DNA of 64,000 nt from Candidatus Poribacteria bacterium. Lineage in GTDB: Bacteria; Poribacteria; WGA-4E; WGA-3G. The DNA lies in NCBI GenBank assembly GCA_963665235.2, contig CAXXLX010000001.1:1248001-1312000 (forward strand), given 5' to 3'. Position numbers and translations under genes: made by a program. A model generated the notes under the pieces. That model did not search any database, was not told where the DNA came from, and worked only from the letters and a program-made list of their open reading frames with translations. Of the stretch, positions 34,882 through 45,445 are shown in pieces; position 1 is the first letter of the stretch, and each line of letters begins with the position of its first letter.

Positions 34882-35802
34882 CTACCTACGTGTCCGCCTG
34901 AATACGACAAAACTGATGATTCCCAACAAAACAGCGATTACAACGATCCAGCCCGTGCTGTTTTCATCGCTTTGTTGCTGCTGCGGTGCAGGTTGTGTTG
35001 ATTGTGTAGGCGGCGTTGTCGGTTGTGGTGGTATTTTCTTCACAGTTGCACTAATAGCAGTATTGCTCGGCGGTCTTGTGAGGTGTGCAATGAGGTCTTC
35101 GGCAATTTCTGAGGAGAGCGGTGCAATGTATTCAAACGCATCTTCGCCATTGCTGTCAGTCGCGGTGCCACCAGTTTCAGCAAGGATTTGCGAAACTGCC
35201 GCCACAAGTTCACCGGGGTTATCTGCTTTCCGATAACTGTCTACATCCTTTGCTAACATGTGGTCGGTTTTCATATCAACGCCGATAACATCAACCCGAA
35301 TTTGTCGGTTGAGAATTTCCGGTGTGTACTGCTCCACTTTTCCTGGGTCTTGCGCCTCACCATCTGTCACGACCAACAACCGATAGGTGCCATAGTTATA
35401 CTGTTTTTCGCGTTGTTCAAGGAGACGGTTTGCTCCGATGCGCATGTAAGTGCCAAGTGGTGTCCCCCCTCCAGGCTGCGGTAAATTTATCGCAGCCATT
35501 AGCTGAGCGGTATCCTTCGGACCGAGGGGATAGACCCATGCGTCTCGGATATTATTACCGCTGAAGACAAGCAACCCGATATTGGTGCCCTCTGGTACCT
35601 TCGCCAATACCCCCTGGAGGGCTGTCTTGGCAGCCTCCATTTTCGACTTCGTCATATCGGCACGGAATTTATCCTTCATTGAACCAGAGGCATCCAGAAT
35701 CACCACGATATTATCGGTATGAACAGCGTTCTGTGCAAGACCTATCTGAATAAATATAGACACGCTTACAAGGAGTAGACACACTATTTTTACCTGTTTC
35801 AC
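34882..35802 (-). CDS. vWA domain membrane-anchored protein
   Basis: DASGSM, GGTPL and VTDG MIDAS motifs; C-terminal TM. Confidence 0.88.
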   Translation of the reverse strand: MKQVKIVCLLLVSVSIFIQIGLAQNAVHTDNIVVILDASGSMKDKFRADMTKSKMEAAKTALQGVLAKVPEGTNIGLLVFSGNNIRDAWVYPLGPKDTAQLMAAINLPQPGGGTPLGTYMRIGANRLLEQREKQYNYGTYRLLVVTDGEAQDPGKVEQYTPEILNRQIRVDVIGVDMKTDHMLAKDVDSYRKADNPGELVAAVSQILAETGGTATDSNGEDAFEYIAPLSSEIAEDLIAHLTRPPSNTAISATVKKIPPQPTTPPTQSTQPAPQQQQSDENSTGWIVVIAVLLGIISFVVFRRTRR

Positions 35803-35857
35803 AAGAGACTCCTAAAAATGGCGGCGGTAGCAATTCGCTACAGCCGACAGCTATTCG

Positions 35858-37735
35858 CTAAAAATCAAAATCGGAGGCGGCGACAGCTTCCGCCGAGACC
35901 TTGACGAGTGCAAACTCAACCCGCCGGTTTTCTGCTGCCTCAGCCGGACTTGTCGGCTTCGCAATAACGGGCTCCTTGATACCAACACCTACAGGAACAA
36001 TCTGTTCAGCATCGATACGCGCATTTTTACTTTGCGCATAACCGAGAATCGCTTGTTTAACCGCCTCTCCCCGCTGCTCCGAAAGTTTGAGTGCTGCCCG
36101 CATCACCTGATACGGACTTTCAACGTTGCTCCCATCGTCAAATTTTTTCTGCTCAATCAAACGAATCAGTTCAGCCGTATTCTCGAGGCTAAACGCTTTG
36201 CCGCCCATAAAATATTTGTAGTTCCCACGGGTCCCCGTCCTTTTTAAAATCCCTTTTTGGAGACCGGTCTTAACGAGAACACTCAGCGTTCGCGACGGGT
36301 CGCTATGTCCCTTAATAGCGATAGCAGCGTTACCATATTTAGAAGCCAGTTCAACGACTCTATCAAATTCGCTGCTGTATTGCGTAGCACTAAACGTGTT
36401 CTGATTCGCATCAAATTGAATTGTGAAGGAGATAAGCGTTTTTTCGTCAAGCACTGCATCCTCATTGAATGCCTCTATTTCCGCTCTGACATTCTCCTTT
36501 TTGAAACGGGTCTGTTTGAGCTGTGTCGGTGCATCTACGGTTGTGGTCAGCAGGTTTTTAAAAGTTTTTGCGTTGAAATTCAGGTCAGAGGGGAGAAGGG
36601 CGTAGCGTTGCGCTGCGAACCCCCAATTGACTGCCATATCCAACCCCGCTTTGTTAAAACCTTCAAACCCCGTGATGGTGTTGCTGGGGTCATTGAAAAA
36701 GGCGATGTTGCCCGGTTGTCCGACAAACGTGCAATCGGCAATGAGCCCATGGGCATCCTCCTCAAGCGTTGGGAGCACGTCTTGCCCGTAAATGGTTTGC
36801 ATCCTCTGCAGCAATTGCGTGTATTGTGCTGAACCGCCTTTTTCGTAAGCCTTTTTTAGTGCGATGACCTCTTCAGCCCCCTTCAAGTACCCTGCAAAGA
36901 ATCGTTCAATGAAAGGCTTGTAATTGTCGTAGAAATCCTTACGGCATGCGTAAACGTCCGCAATAGAACGTGAAAGTGTAGCTGTGCTGACAACGACACG
37001 CGCTCCTTTGACTGTGCCTTCTGCACCTGTCCCAATATTTTCCGGCCCGCCTGTCAGTCCAATCATATCTGGTGTGATAACGAAACACCCCGCGATAGTA
37101 GGGTCGTTTCGGAAACGTTCCGCTGGTCCCTTTGCACCCGTTAGTTCGTCAACCCATACGATTTGGACATTCGCTTTAGAGAGCCTAGCAGTTTTCAACA
37201 TATCGTAAAGCATCCCGACGTGGGGACCGCCCTTTTGAATAGCAATCTTTTTGCCGCTCAGATCAGAAATTTTGCGAATGCTTTCGCGTCCGACGAAATG
37301 GTCGCCTGCGGACCAGGTCAATTGTCCAAAGACAATAGGTTTTGTTCTTTCATCGCGGCCCACTGCCTCACTTGCCTGCGCTATCATTCTAAACGTCCCG
37401 CGTAGGATAGGGGATTTTCCCGAAAGATAATCGCGTACCTGTTGCTCAAAATTGTCGCCTGGGACCAATTTGAGATTCATTCCGAGTTTCTCCATGATTG
37501 TGCCCGGTTGTGTTGTCAACCCGCCGTTTGCATGGAACAAAGCGGATTCTCCCCCCCACGTAATATACGGTACAACTAAGGGGGATGTTGATGTTACCTC
37601 ACCAACCGTAACGGGCCCGACAGCATCGACGAACCGTTCTTGGGCATTCGCTGAAAACACAAGACAGAAGAGTAGCACCCAAAATAGATTATATTTCAAA
37701 AACGGGTGGCACCGCAAAATAGTATCCTTTTTCAT
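35858..37735 (-). CDS. NMT1/ABC substrate-binding domain fused to OmpA-like domain
   Basis: WSAGDH, GHSDP, LSEQRGEAVK and NRRVEF. Confidence 0.8.
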   Translation of the reverse strand: MKKDTILRCHPFLKYNLFWVLLFCLVFSANAQERFVDAVGPVTVGEVTSTSPLVVPYITWGGESALFHANGGLTTQPGTIMEKLGMNLKLVPGDNFEQQVRDYLSGKSPILRGTFRMIAQASEAVGRDERTKPIVFGQLTWSAGDHFVGRESIRKISDLSGKKIAIQKGGPHVGMLYDMLKTARLSKANVQIVWVDELTGAKGPAERFRNDPTIAGCFVITPDMIGLTGGPENIGTGAEGTVKGARVVVSTATLSRSIADVYACRKDFYDNYKPFIERFFAGYLKGAEEVIALKKAYEKGGSAQYTQLLQRMQTIYGQDVLPTLEEDAHGLIADCTFVGQPGNIAFFNDPSNTITGFEGFNKAGLDMAVNWGFAAQRYALLPSDLNFNAKTFKNLLTTTVDAPTQLKQTRFKKENVRAEIEAFNEDAVLDEKTLISFTIQFDANQNTFSATQYSSEFDRVVELASKYGNAAIAIKGHSDPSRTLSVLVKTGLQKGILKRTGTRGNYKYFMGGKAFSLENTAELIRLIEQKKFDDGSNVESPYQVMRAALKLSEQRGEAVKQAILGYAQSKNARIDAEQIVPVGVGIKEPVIAKPTSPAEAAENRRVEFALVKVSAEAVAASDFDF

Positions 37736-37895
37736 GTTTTTTTCCTTTTTGTTGAGAGCCCCATGTTCAAATTAACTTTCTTTTTCTAAATTTTAGCATA
37801 ATTCAGCGAAAATGTGCAATAAATTTGTTTTTTCTGAATCGCGGATTATCGCGGAGAACGCAGAGAACGCGGATTTTAAGCGTTTAGCCAACATG

Positions 37896-39272
37896 CTATA
37901 AGACATGAATCGCGCGCGCATACGCCGCCTCAGCCGACTCCATTAGCATCTCGGAAAGCGTTGGGTGTGCATGAACGGTATGTGCGATATCCGCTGCTGT
38001 TGCCCCTAGGCGGATAGCTACGGCTGCCTCGTGGATAAGGGTTGAGGCATGCGCTCCAACAATATGAACTCCGAGGATGTCTCCGCTGTCAGCATCGGTA
38101 ACAGTTTTAACAAATCCATCGGACTCATGCATACCGAGTGCCATTCCACTCGCAGCGTACGGAAACTTACCGACCTTAACCGCGTACCCCTCATCTGTCG
38201 CCTCCTTTTCGGTCATGCCGATGTGGCCAATTTCGGGTAAGGTGAAAACACACCACGGGATAACTTGATAGTCCATTTCAGCTGTTTCTCCAAGGCAGTT
38301 TTGTGCGGCGACCTTGCCTTCAGCAGATGCAACGTGTGCTAACAGATAACGGCTGGCGACATCGCCGACAGCGTAAATGCTGGGGACGTTCGTCTGCATC
38401 TGTTCGTTGACTATAATTTTCCCGTTTTCTGTAGAGACCCCTACCGTTTCCAAACCGATGTTCTCTGTATTGTAACGCCGCCCGATAGAGATGAGCAGTT
38501 TGCGCGCGGTAATTTGTTCGCCGGATTCCAACGTTGCGGTGATACCGGTATCGGATTTTTTGATGTGTGTTAATTTTGTGCTTGTGTGGAATTGGATGCC
38601 TTTCCGTTTCATAAAGAGCTGTATGTGGCGGATAACCTGAACGTCTTCGGTTGCCAAAATAGTGGGTAGCAGTTCGACGATGGTTACGCGGCAGCCGAAA
38701 GCGGCGAAGATAGAGGCGAATTCACATCCGGAAACACCGCCGCCGACGATAATTAGACTTTCGGGAATTTCTGTGAGGTTAAGAATGCCCGTTGTCGTCA
38801 ACACATCGGTTTCATCAATTTCAAAACCGGGGGGTGCAGCAGGTTCAGAACCGGTGGCGATGATTATGTTTTGGACGTTCACCTGTTCGGTTGTGCCATC
38901 CGTTTTGGTCACAGCAATCGTCCTTTTACTGGTAAGTGTTGCGGTACCGTTGAGGGTGTGTATCTCATTCCGTTTGAGAAGTTGACGAATTCCGCCTTTC
39001 AGTTTTTCGATAACTTCTGTCTTATGTGCAAGTACCCGTGGGTAGTCAAGGGTCGTGTTTTGGGGGTTGAGGATAGATGTATTTTGAACCTGCTCGACGA
39101 GATGTGCAGCAGCAAAAAGGGTTTTGGTTGGAATACACCCGCGATTGAGGCATGTTCCGCCCCATTCGTCTTTTTCTATGAGACATACGGTGCCGCCGAG
39201 TTGTGCTGCCCTTATGGCGGCGACGTACCCGCCCGGGCCCCCGCCGATAATTCCGATATTGTATGTAGTCAT
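37896..39272 (-). CDS. lpdA: dihydrolipoyl dehydrogenase
   Basis: GGGPGGY, GGTCLNRGCIP and HAHPTLSE. Confidence 0.93.
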   Translation of the reverse strand: MTTYNIGIIGGGPGGYVAAIRAAQLGGTVCLIEKDEWGGTCLNRGCIPTKTLFAAAHLVEQVQNTSILNPQNTTLDYPRVLAHKTEVIEKLKGGIRQLLKRNEIHTLNGTATLTSKRTIAVTKTDGTTEQVNVQNIIIATGSEPAAPPGFEIDETDVLTTTGILNLTEIPESLIIVGGGVSGCEFASIFAAFGCRVTIVELLPTILATEDVQVIRHIQLFMKRKGIQFHTSTKLTHIKKSDTGITATLESGEQITARKLLISIGRRYNTENIGLETVGVSTENGKIIVNEQMQTNVPSIYAVGDVASRYLLAHVASAEGKVAAQNCLGETAEMDYQVIPWCVFTLPEIGHIGMTEKEATDEGYAVKVGKFPYAASGMALGMHESDGFVKTVTDADSGDILGVHIVGAHASTLIHEAAVAIRLGATAADIAHTVHAHPTLSEMLMESAEAAYARAIHVL

Positions 39273-39329
39273 AACTGTTGTTCCTCTACGTCTATCTATA
39301 CGTAAGTGAAATTAACCACTTCTGTTATT

Positions 39330-39476
39330 ATAACCTAAGTTGCCACCTATAAATTTTTAGGCTTGGAAACGCGGCTTTTAGTCAAAAACTGCTGATAATT
39401 ATACCGTGAACTTCTATGTTGCACGCTTATGCCACAAACTAGGAAGTTTGTGCTACTATGTGGCAACTTGCGTTAT
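39330..39476. mobile_element. MITE-like element with 17-bp terminal inverted repeats
   Basis: ataacctaagttgccac / gtggcaacttgcgttat; lone matching end at 4669-4685. Confidence 0.6.
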
Positions 39477-39578
39477 TATACAGCAGTAAGGTTGGGATGT
39501 CAACCTATTTTTTCGATTGTCAGAAAAGGCGGAGGATGCTATAGTGAAGTTGGCAAAAATTTTAGAGGTGATTTTTTC

Positions 39579-39607
39579 TTGACGATTTGTTAAATTTAAG
39601 GTATACT
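39579..39607 (+). promoter_or_regulatory. sigma70 promoter of gltB
   Basis: TTGACG - 17 nt - TATACT. Confidence 0.65.
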
Positions 39608-39850
39608 ATATAAATGCAGAAAAAAGCTAACTGAAATTTAAAAATAGAAAACAGGAAAAACTGAGCGTTCCTTATAGACGCGGTATCCGAATTTGTTTTA
39701 ATGCTTTTTTAACGACGCAAGGCTTAATCGTAAATTAATTCAAGCCGTTAGGAGATTGCGCTACAGTTGTTACGCGTGTTACGAGACACGAAAGTTGTTC
39801 CTTGCCCTTGCGTAGAAAACGGGTGCCCAAAAATCTTGAATCCTTGGAGT

Positions 39851-42800
39851 ATGAGTTTACAAATGCACGACAATTTATATGAAAAAGATGCTTGTGGAGT
39901 CGGTTTTGTTGCGAACCGTTCAGGGAGCCGGAGTCATGCTATCCTGAAGATGGCAATACAAGCGGTTACAAATTTGACGCATCGTGGTGCGGTGGCAGCA
40001 GATGCAAAGACTGGCGATGGAGCAGGTATTCTGACACAAATTCCGGAGAAACTATTTAGAAAAGAGCTGGAGAAGCTTGGAGGACACGTAGCGTCAATTC
40101 ACGACCTTGCCGTTGGCATGATTTTTTTCCCGGGGGATGCCCCTGCTGCACAGGAACGGGGCCGTACAATCGTTGCGGATATGCTAAAGCAGTATGGTTT
40201 TCCGCTGTTAGGGTGGCGTTCGGTACCGGTGGATACTTCCGCCCTCGGCGAGCAGGCGTTGGCAACCCTACCGTTAATTGAGCAAGTCCTCATTGGAAGG
40301 CCCTCTCATATCCCAACAGCTCGGTTTGAACAACGTCTCTATCTCTTATGTAAGGAATTGGAACATCGGATTACAGAGGAGGCACTTGATGGATTTCACA
40401 TCGCTTCCTTTTCAAATCGCACGATTGTCTATAAAGGGTTGCTTGTTGCACCACAATTGGCACACTTCTATCCGGACTTACGCGACCCCGATTTTGAAGC
40501 AGCTTTAGCAGTTTTCCATCAACGTTATAGCACAAACACCTCTCCAACATGGGCACTTGCACAACCGTTCCGGATGCTGGCGCACAACGGTGAGATTAAC
40601 ACATTGATGGGAAATCGGAACTGGATGCGTGCCCGTGAAGGGGCCTTAGAGTCTCCTGTATGGAACGAGGATATTCAGAGACTTGTCCCAATTATCACTC
40701 CGCACGGCAGCGACTCCATGAGTCTTGATAATGTTCTGGAACTGTTGGCGCATTCTGACCGAAGTATCCTCCATTCAATGATGTGCCTAATGCCAGAGGC
40801 ATACGAGCAAATTCCGGATATGTCGGCAGAGCTGAAAGCGTGCTATGAGTACCTTTCATGTGTAAGTGAACCGTGGGACGGTCCGGCTGCTATAGCGTTC
40901 ACCGATGGTTACATTGTTGGCGCCAGTTTGGATAGAAACGGTTTGCGGCCTGCCCGTTATAAGGTAACCGATGAAGGTATTGTGGTGATGGGGTCCGAGG
41001 TGGGTATTATTGAATTGGACGATAAGTGTATCGTTCAGAAGGGCCGCCTGGGGCCCGGCCAGATGATTGCCGTTGACACAAGCAGGGGACAATTGCTCAC
41101 AAACACCACTATCAAAGATGAGGTGGCTCATCAGAAACCTTACACGGCTTGGGTGAAACAGGGCATTCTGATGGAGACACTCACCCCAGAAGCCCCCGGT
41201 ACTCTGACACCGGTTCCAGAAAATTTGGCGCAGCAACAGAAGGCATTTGGGTATATGATTGAAGACGTGGAGCGTTTCATCAAACCGATGGTAACACAGG
41301 TTAAAGAGGCGGTCGGCTCCATGGGCGATGATACGCCGCCTGCTGTGATTTCACGGCATCCACGGCTGCTTTACCATTACTTCAAACAACTGTTCGCCCA
41401 GGTTACCAACCCGGCCATCGATTCTCTCCGGGAACGGTTAGTGATGTCGCTAACAACATGCTTGGGAAAACGGCACAGCTTGCTCACGGAAACCGAGGCA
41501 CATGCACATTTAATTCGGTTGACTTCGCCGGTGTTAACATCGGAGGAGTTGCGAGCGTTGCAGACGCAAACCCTTCCCGATTTTCGGACGGCGACTCTCC
41601 CCGTTCGTTTTCCGGTTGACTCAGGACCGCAGGGGTTGGAAAAAGCCCTAGACACGTTGTGTGCCAACGTGTTAGACGCTGTCAATTCCAGAAAGACGCT
41701 TATAGTCTTGAGTGACAAGGGGGTCAATGCCGAATTTGCACCGATTCCGATGCTGCTTGCAATCGGGAGCGTTCATCATCATCTGATTCGTGAAGGCAAA
41801 CGGATGCAAGTTAGTTTAATAGCAGAGGCAGGAGACCCGCGGGAGGAACACCATTTCTCGGTTTTGCTTGGATATGGCGCGGATGCTATCAATCCTTACC
41901 TCGCTTTTGCTACGATTGCCGAGCTTGCCGAGCAGGGCGAACTTGAGGACCTCTCCGCAGCACAAGCTATTCAGAACTATAAGTCGACCGTCGAAAAAGG
42001 CATTTTGAAGATTATGGCGAAGATGGGCATCTCCACGGTGTCAAGCTACCGCGGTGCCCAAATCTTTGAGGCAATTGGAATCAATTCAGCGGTGATTGAG
42101 CGGTGTTTTACTGGGACTCCCTCGCGGTTAGGTGGTATCGGTTTTGAGGACATTGCTGCTGAAACGCTCCATTTCCACACGAAAGCGTTTCCGGTAGCAG
42201 ATGCCCCTGAACCCTTAAAAGAGGCAGGTTATTTTCGATTCCGCAGACACGGTGAATTCCACGCCTTTAACCCAACCGTATTTAAGGCGTTACACAAATT
42301 TGTTAAGAGCGGAGAGGCTGAAGATTACATGCAATACGCCGCTGCAGTGGAAGAAGGGGAACCCTCTAGCTTACGCGATTTACTCACTTTCAAACCGGGC
42401 ACCTCTATCCCAATTGAAGAAGTAGAATCGGCGGAGGATATCGTCCGCCGCTTTACCACTGGGAGTATGTCTTTCGGTGCGTTGAGTCGTGAAACACACG
42501 AAACGCTAGCGGTAGCGATGAACCGGCTGGGTGCGAAATCCGGAAGCGGAGAAGGCGGTGAAGACAGCGGCCGCTTCAAAGAACGTCCAAATGGAGACCT
42601 TGCTTCTAGTGCTATTAAGCAGGTTGCGTCCGGACGGTTTGGCGTAACGCCACAGTATCTCGCCTCCGCAAGAGAATTAGAAATTAAGATGGCACAAGGT
42701 TCGAAACCTGGCGAAGGCGGTCAGATTCCGGGGCACAAAGTGACATCAGAAATTGCGAAGATTCGACACTCTATCCCGGGGGTGCCCTTAATTTCGCCCC

Positions 42801-44344
42801 CGCCGCATCACGACATCTATTCAATTGAAGATCTTTCACAGCTCATCTATGACCTGAAGCAGGTCAACCCGCGTGCGAAAGTCGCCGTAAAATTGGTATC
42901 GGAATTCATGGTTGGAACGATTGCATCGGGTGTTGCGAAGGGTTATGCAGATGTTATTCAAATTAGTGGGCATGAAGGTGGTACGGGGGCTTCACCGCTC
43001 AGCTCCATCAAAAATGCTGGTACCCCCTGGGAGCTGGGGCTTGCTGAAACGCAACGGAGTCTTGTAGAAAATGAATTACGCGCTCGGGTTGTGCTACGGG
43101 TTGATGGCGGCATGCGGTCCGGACGGGATATTGTCATCGCGGCGATGTTAGGGGCAGAGGAATACGGCTTCGGCACAACAGCGATGGTAGCTACCGGATG
43201 TATAATGGCGCGGCAATGCCACTTGAATACCTGTCCGGTAGGTGTTGCTACGCAAGACCCGGCACTGCGTGCGAAGTACCCTGGCACGCCTGAAATGGTT
43301 GTCAACTTTATGCTCGGTGTAGCGAATGAGGTTCGGGCAATTCTGGCAAATTTAGGGCATACCTGCCTAGACGATGTGATTGGCCGCCCGGAATTGCTGG
43401 AACTTGCTGACTTAGGGGAGCATCCAAAGGCAACGAAGCTCGATTTGGCAGAAATTCTGATGCCAGCGGATGACACCGGAACGCAACCGAGACATCATAC
43501 CCAAGAACGAAACGAGCGGATTGACACACCCTTGGACGACCGAATTCTGACAGATGCCGAGGCAGCAATTGCAAACAAAACCCCTATTCAGTTGTCATAT
43601 CCGATACGGAACATCCACCGGACAGTTGGCGCGAAGTTATCAGGTGAAATAGCGTTCCGATATGGGGATACCCCGTTGCCCAAAGCGACTATTCGGTGCC
43701 ACTTTAAGGGCAGCGCGGGGCAGAGCTTCGGGGCATTTTGTATCAACGGGGTTCAACTCGTTTTAACAGGTGAAGCGAACGATTATGTCGGAAAAGGCAT
43801 GGCGGGTGGTGAAGTTGTTATCAAACCGTCGCCTGATGCAAATTTCCAAACGCACCGAAACGCGATTATCGGGAACACCGTGTTATATGGTGCAACAGAT
43901 GGTGCTCTCTACGCAGCGGGCAGGGCAGGCGAACGGTTCTGTGTTCGGAACAGTGGAGCCACCGCGGTTATCGAAGGAATTGGCGACCACGGGTGTGAAT
44001 ATATGACAGGGGGCGTTGTTGTCATTTTAGGCGAAACGGGACGGAACTTCGGGGCAGGCATGACAGGCGGGGTCGCCTACGTGCTTGACGAAAACCACCG
44101 ATTCGAGAAAAAATACAACGCGCAACTCGTTACGTTAGAACGTGTCACGGAAAAAGTGGACACAGATAAACTGATGAGGCTGATACAGAAGCATTTAGAG
44201 CTGACAGGCAGTCAGCGCGCGGCGGACATTCTGACGCATTGGGATACGTTCTGTTCAGACTTTTGGAAGGTTGTCGTGCCACCGCCGCCGCCGCTCCCTG
44301 CACAAACGCCACGGCTGCGAAAACGCACCCCTCGGAAGCGTTGA
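39851..44344 (+). CDS. gltB: glutamate synthase large subunit
   Basis: DACGVGF, HQRYSTNT, HNGEINT, KMAQGSKPGEGG and C..ARQCHLNTCPVG; start uncertain. Confidence 0.95.
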   Translation: MSLQMHDNLYEKDACGVGFVANRSGSRSHAILKMAIQAVTNLTHRGAVAADAKTGDGAGILTQIPEKLFRKELEKLGGHVASIHDLAVGMIFFPGDAPAAQERGRTIVADMLKQYGFPLLGWRSVPVDTSALGEQALATLPLIEQVLIGRPSHIPTARFEQRLYLLCKELEHRITEEALDGFHIASFSNRTIVYKGLLVAPQLAHFYPDLRDPDFEAALAVFHQRYSTNTSPTWALAQPFRMLAHNGEINTLMGNRNWMRAREGALESPVWNEDIQRLVPIITPHGSDSMSLDNVLELLAHSDRSILHSMMCLMPEAYEQIPDMSAELKACYEYLSCVSEPWDGPAAIAFTDGYIVGASLDRNGLRPARYKVTDEGIVVMGSEVGIIELDDKCIVQKGRLGPGQMIAVDTSRGQLLTNTTIKDEVAHQKPYTAWVKQGILMETLTPEAPGTLTPVPENLAQQQKAFGYMIEDVERFIKPMVTQVKEAVGSMGDDTPPAVISRHPRLLYHYFKQLFAQVTNPAIDSLRERLVMSLTTCLGKRHSLLTETEAHAHLIRLTSPVLTSEELRALQTQTLPDFRTATLPVRFPVDSGPQGLEKALDTLCANVLDAVNSRKTLIVLSDKGVNAEFAPIPMLLAIGSVHHHLIREGKRMQVSLIAEAGDPREEHHFSVLLGYGADAINPYLAFATIAELAEQGELEDLSAAQAIQNYKSTVEKGILKIMAKMGISTVSSYRGAQIFEAIGINSAVIERCFTGTPSRLGGIGFEDIAAETLHFHTKAFPVADAPEPLKEAGYFRFRRHGEFHAFNPTVFKALHKFVKSGEAEDYMQYAAAVEEGEPSSLRDLLTFKPGTSIPIEEVESAEDIVRRFTTGSMSFGALSRETHETLAVAMNRLGAKSGSGEGGEDSGRFKERPNGDLASSAIKQVASGRFGVTPQYLASARELEIKMAQGSKPGEGGQIPGHKVTSEIAKIRHSIPGVPLISPPPHHDIYSIEDLSQLIYDLKQVNPRAKVAVKLVSEFMVGTIASGVAKGYADVIQISGHEGGTGASPLSSIKNAGTPWELGLAETQRSLVENELRARVVLRVDGGMRSGRDIVIAAMLGAEEYGFGTTAMVATGCIMARQCHLNTCPVGVATQDPALRAKYPGTPEMVVNFMLGVANEVRAILANLGHTCLDDVIGRPELLELADLGEHPKATKLDLAEILMPADDTGTQPRHHTQERNERIDTPLDDRILTDAEAAIANKTPIQLSYPIRNIHRTVGAKLSGEIAFRYGDTPLPKATIRCHFKGSAGQSFGAFCINGVQLVLTGEANDYVGKGMAGGEVVIKPSPDANFQTHRNAIIGNTVLYGATDGALYAAGRAGERFCVRNSGATAVIEGIGDHGCEYMTGGVVVILGETGRNFGAGMTGGVAYVLDENHRFEKKYNAQLVTLERVTEKVDTDKLMRLIQKHLELTGSQRAADILTHWDTFCSDFWKVVVPPPPPLPAQTPRLRKRTPRKR

Positions 44345-44364
44345 GCCGCGTCCCTCGTTGCAAT

Positions 44365-44396
44365 AAAAAAGGGCAGCATTCGCTGCCCTTTTTTTA
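44365..44396. terminator. bidirectional intrinsic terminator
   Basis: aaaaaagggcagc-attc-gctgccctttttt. Confidence 0.85.
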
Positions 44397-44470
44397 TTCC
44401 ATGTGAAAATGTGGCATCAGCGTACGGTTTCGTAGGCAAGTAATGCCAAACCTTTCGGGTTAGAGAAACC

Positions 44471-44896
44471 TCACTGATCTTGTTCCGCGACGGCGAAAGC
44501 AATTTCTAGACCTTCCCTTTTGGCCGAGCGCATCTTTGCTCTTTCGACCACGTCAATGACAACGCCATGTTTCGCCCGCTTATCAGCCTTTATAATTAAA
44601 GTGCTAATTTGATGTTCGTGTGCGGCGATAAAAATTTCCATGTCCTCTAAGGTTAACATCTCTTGGTCATCAATAGCGATTCGGCCGTCAGTGCTGATAT
44701 GCAGATTATATTTTTTACGCGGAAATTCGTGTTGGGTTGAGGAATCCGGTAATGTGATAGTAAAAGGCGGGGGTACCCGCATAATGGCAGAAACCATGAA
44801 AAAGATGAGCAATAGAAAGACACAATCAATCATAGGTGCCATCGGTATATCATCATCACTAGAAGTATTCCGTCTGCGTTTCATCTGGAGTGCCAT
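44471..44896 (-). CDS. exbD: ExbD/TolR family protein
   Basis: APMIDCVFLLLIFFMV and IKADK. Confidence 0.9.
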   Translation of the reverse strand: MALQMKRRRNTSSDDDIPMAPMIDCVFLLLIFFMVSAIMRVPPPFTITLPDSSTQHEFPRKKYNLHISTDGRIAIDDQEMLTLEDMEIFIAAHEHQISTLIIKADKRAKHGVVIDVVERAKMRSAKREGLEIAFAVAEQDQ

Positions 44897-44934
44897 GTGC
44901 GTTCTCCTTTGCTAAGTGTAGTCGGTAAGGTATG

Positions 44935-45384
44935 TCAGTTTCGGGCGACAACAGCGAACCCAATTTTATCGATACCTGACTGTTTGGCGATATCCATGAC
45001 TCGGACGATTTGTTCATGAAGTACATCGCGTTCGGATTGGATGATGAGCATGTTTTTTTCTTCATCGGTTGAGTTGATAAAGCGGTTAAACATTTCATCA
45101 AATTGTACAACGTCTTCATTTAAGACCATAGTGCCTTCAAGTTGTCCGGGGTCAGGATTAGCGATTCTGACAATAAGTCCTTTCGGTTTATCGGTAGAAG
45201 GTTTTCCCGGTGGGGGCAGTTGGACTCGGAGTCCCGGCATGGGTGCGAAAGTTGTCGAGACCATGAAGAAAATCAGGAGCAGGAACACACAATCAATCAT
45301 AGGTGCCATACTGAGGGTAGGTGCTTTCCGTTCGCGCATTCGTGTTGCTAGTAGGCTCAATTTGGCTTCACCGAGTTGTTGCAT
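44935..45384 (-). CDS. exbD: ExbD/TolR family protein
   Basis: APMIDCVFLLLIFFMV and VRVMDIAK. Confidence 0.9.
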   Translation of the reverse strand: MQQLGEAKLSLLATRMRERKAPTLSMAPMIDCVFLLLIFFMVSTTFAPMPGLRVQLPPPGKPSTDKPKGLIVRIANPDPGQLEGTMVLNEDVVQFDEMFNRFINSTDEEKNMLIIQSERDVLHEQIVRVMDIAKQSGIDKIGFAVVARN

Positions 45385-45445
45385 TTCAGGTTTCTCCTTT
45401 CATATTTGGGTATGGGCGAGCAGTTAAGGCTCGCCCTGCCATAGA

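Noticed and set aside
39610-39850. glutamine riboswitch before gltB
   Set aside because: Weak hairpins only; no match to the glnA motif consensus by eye
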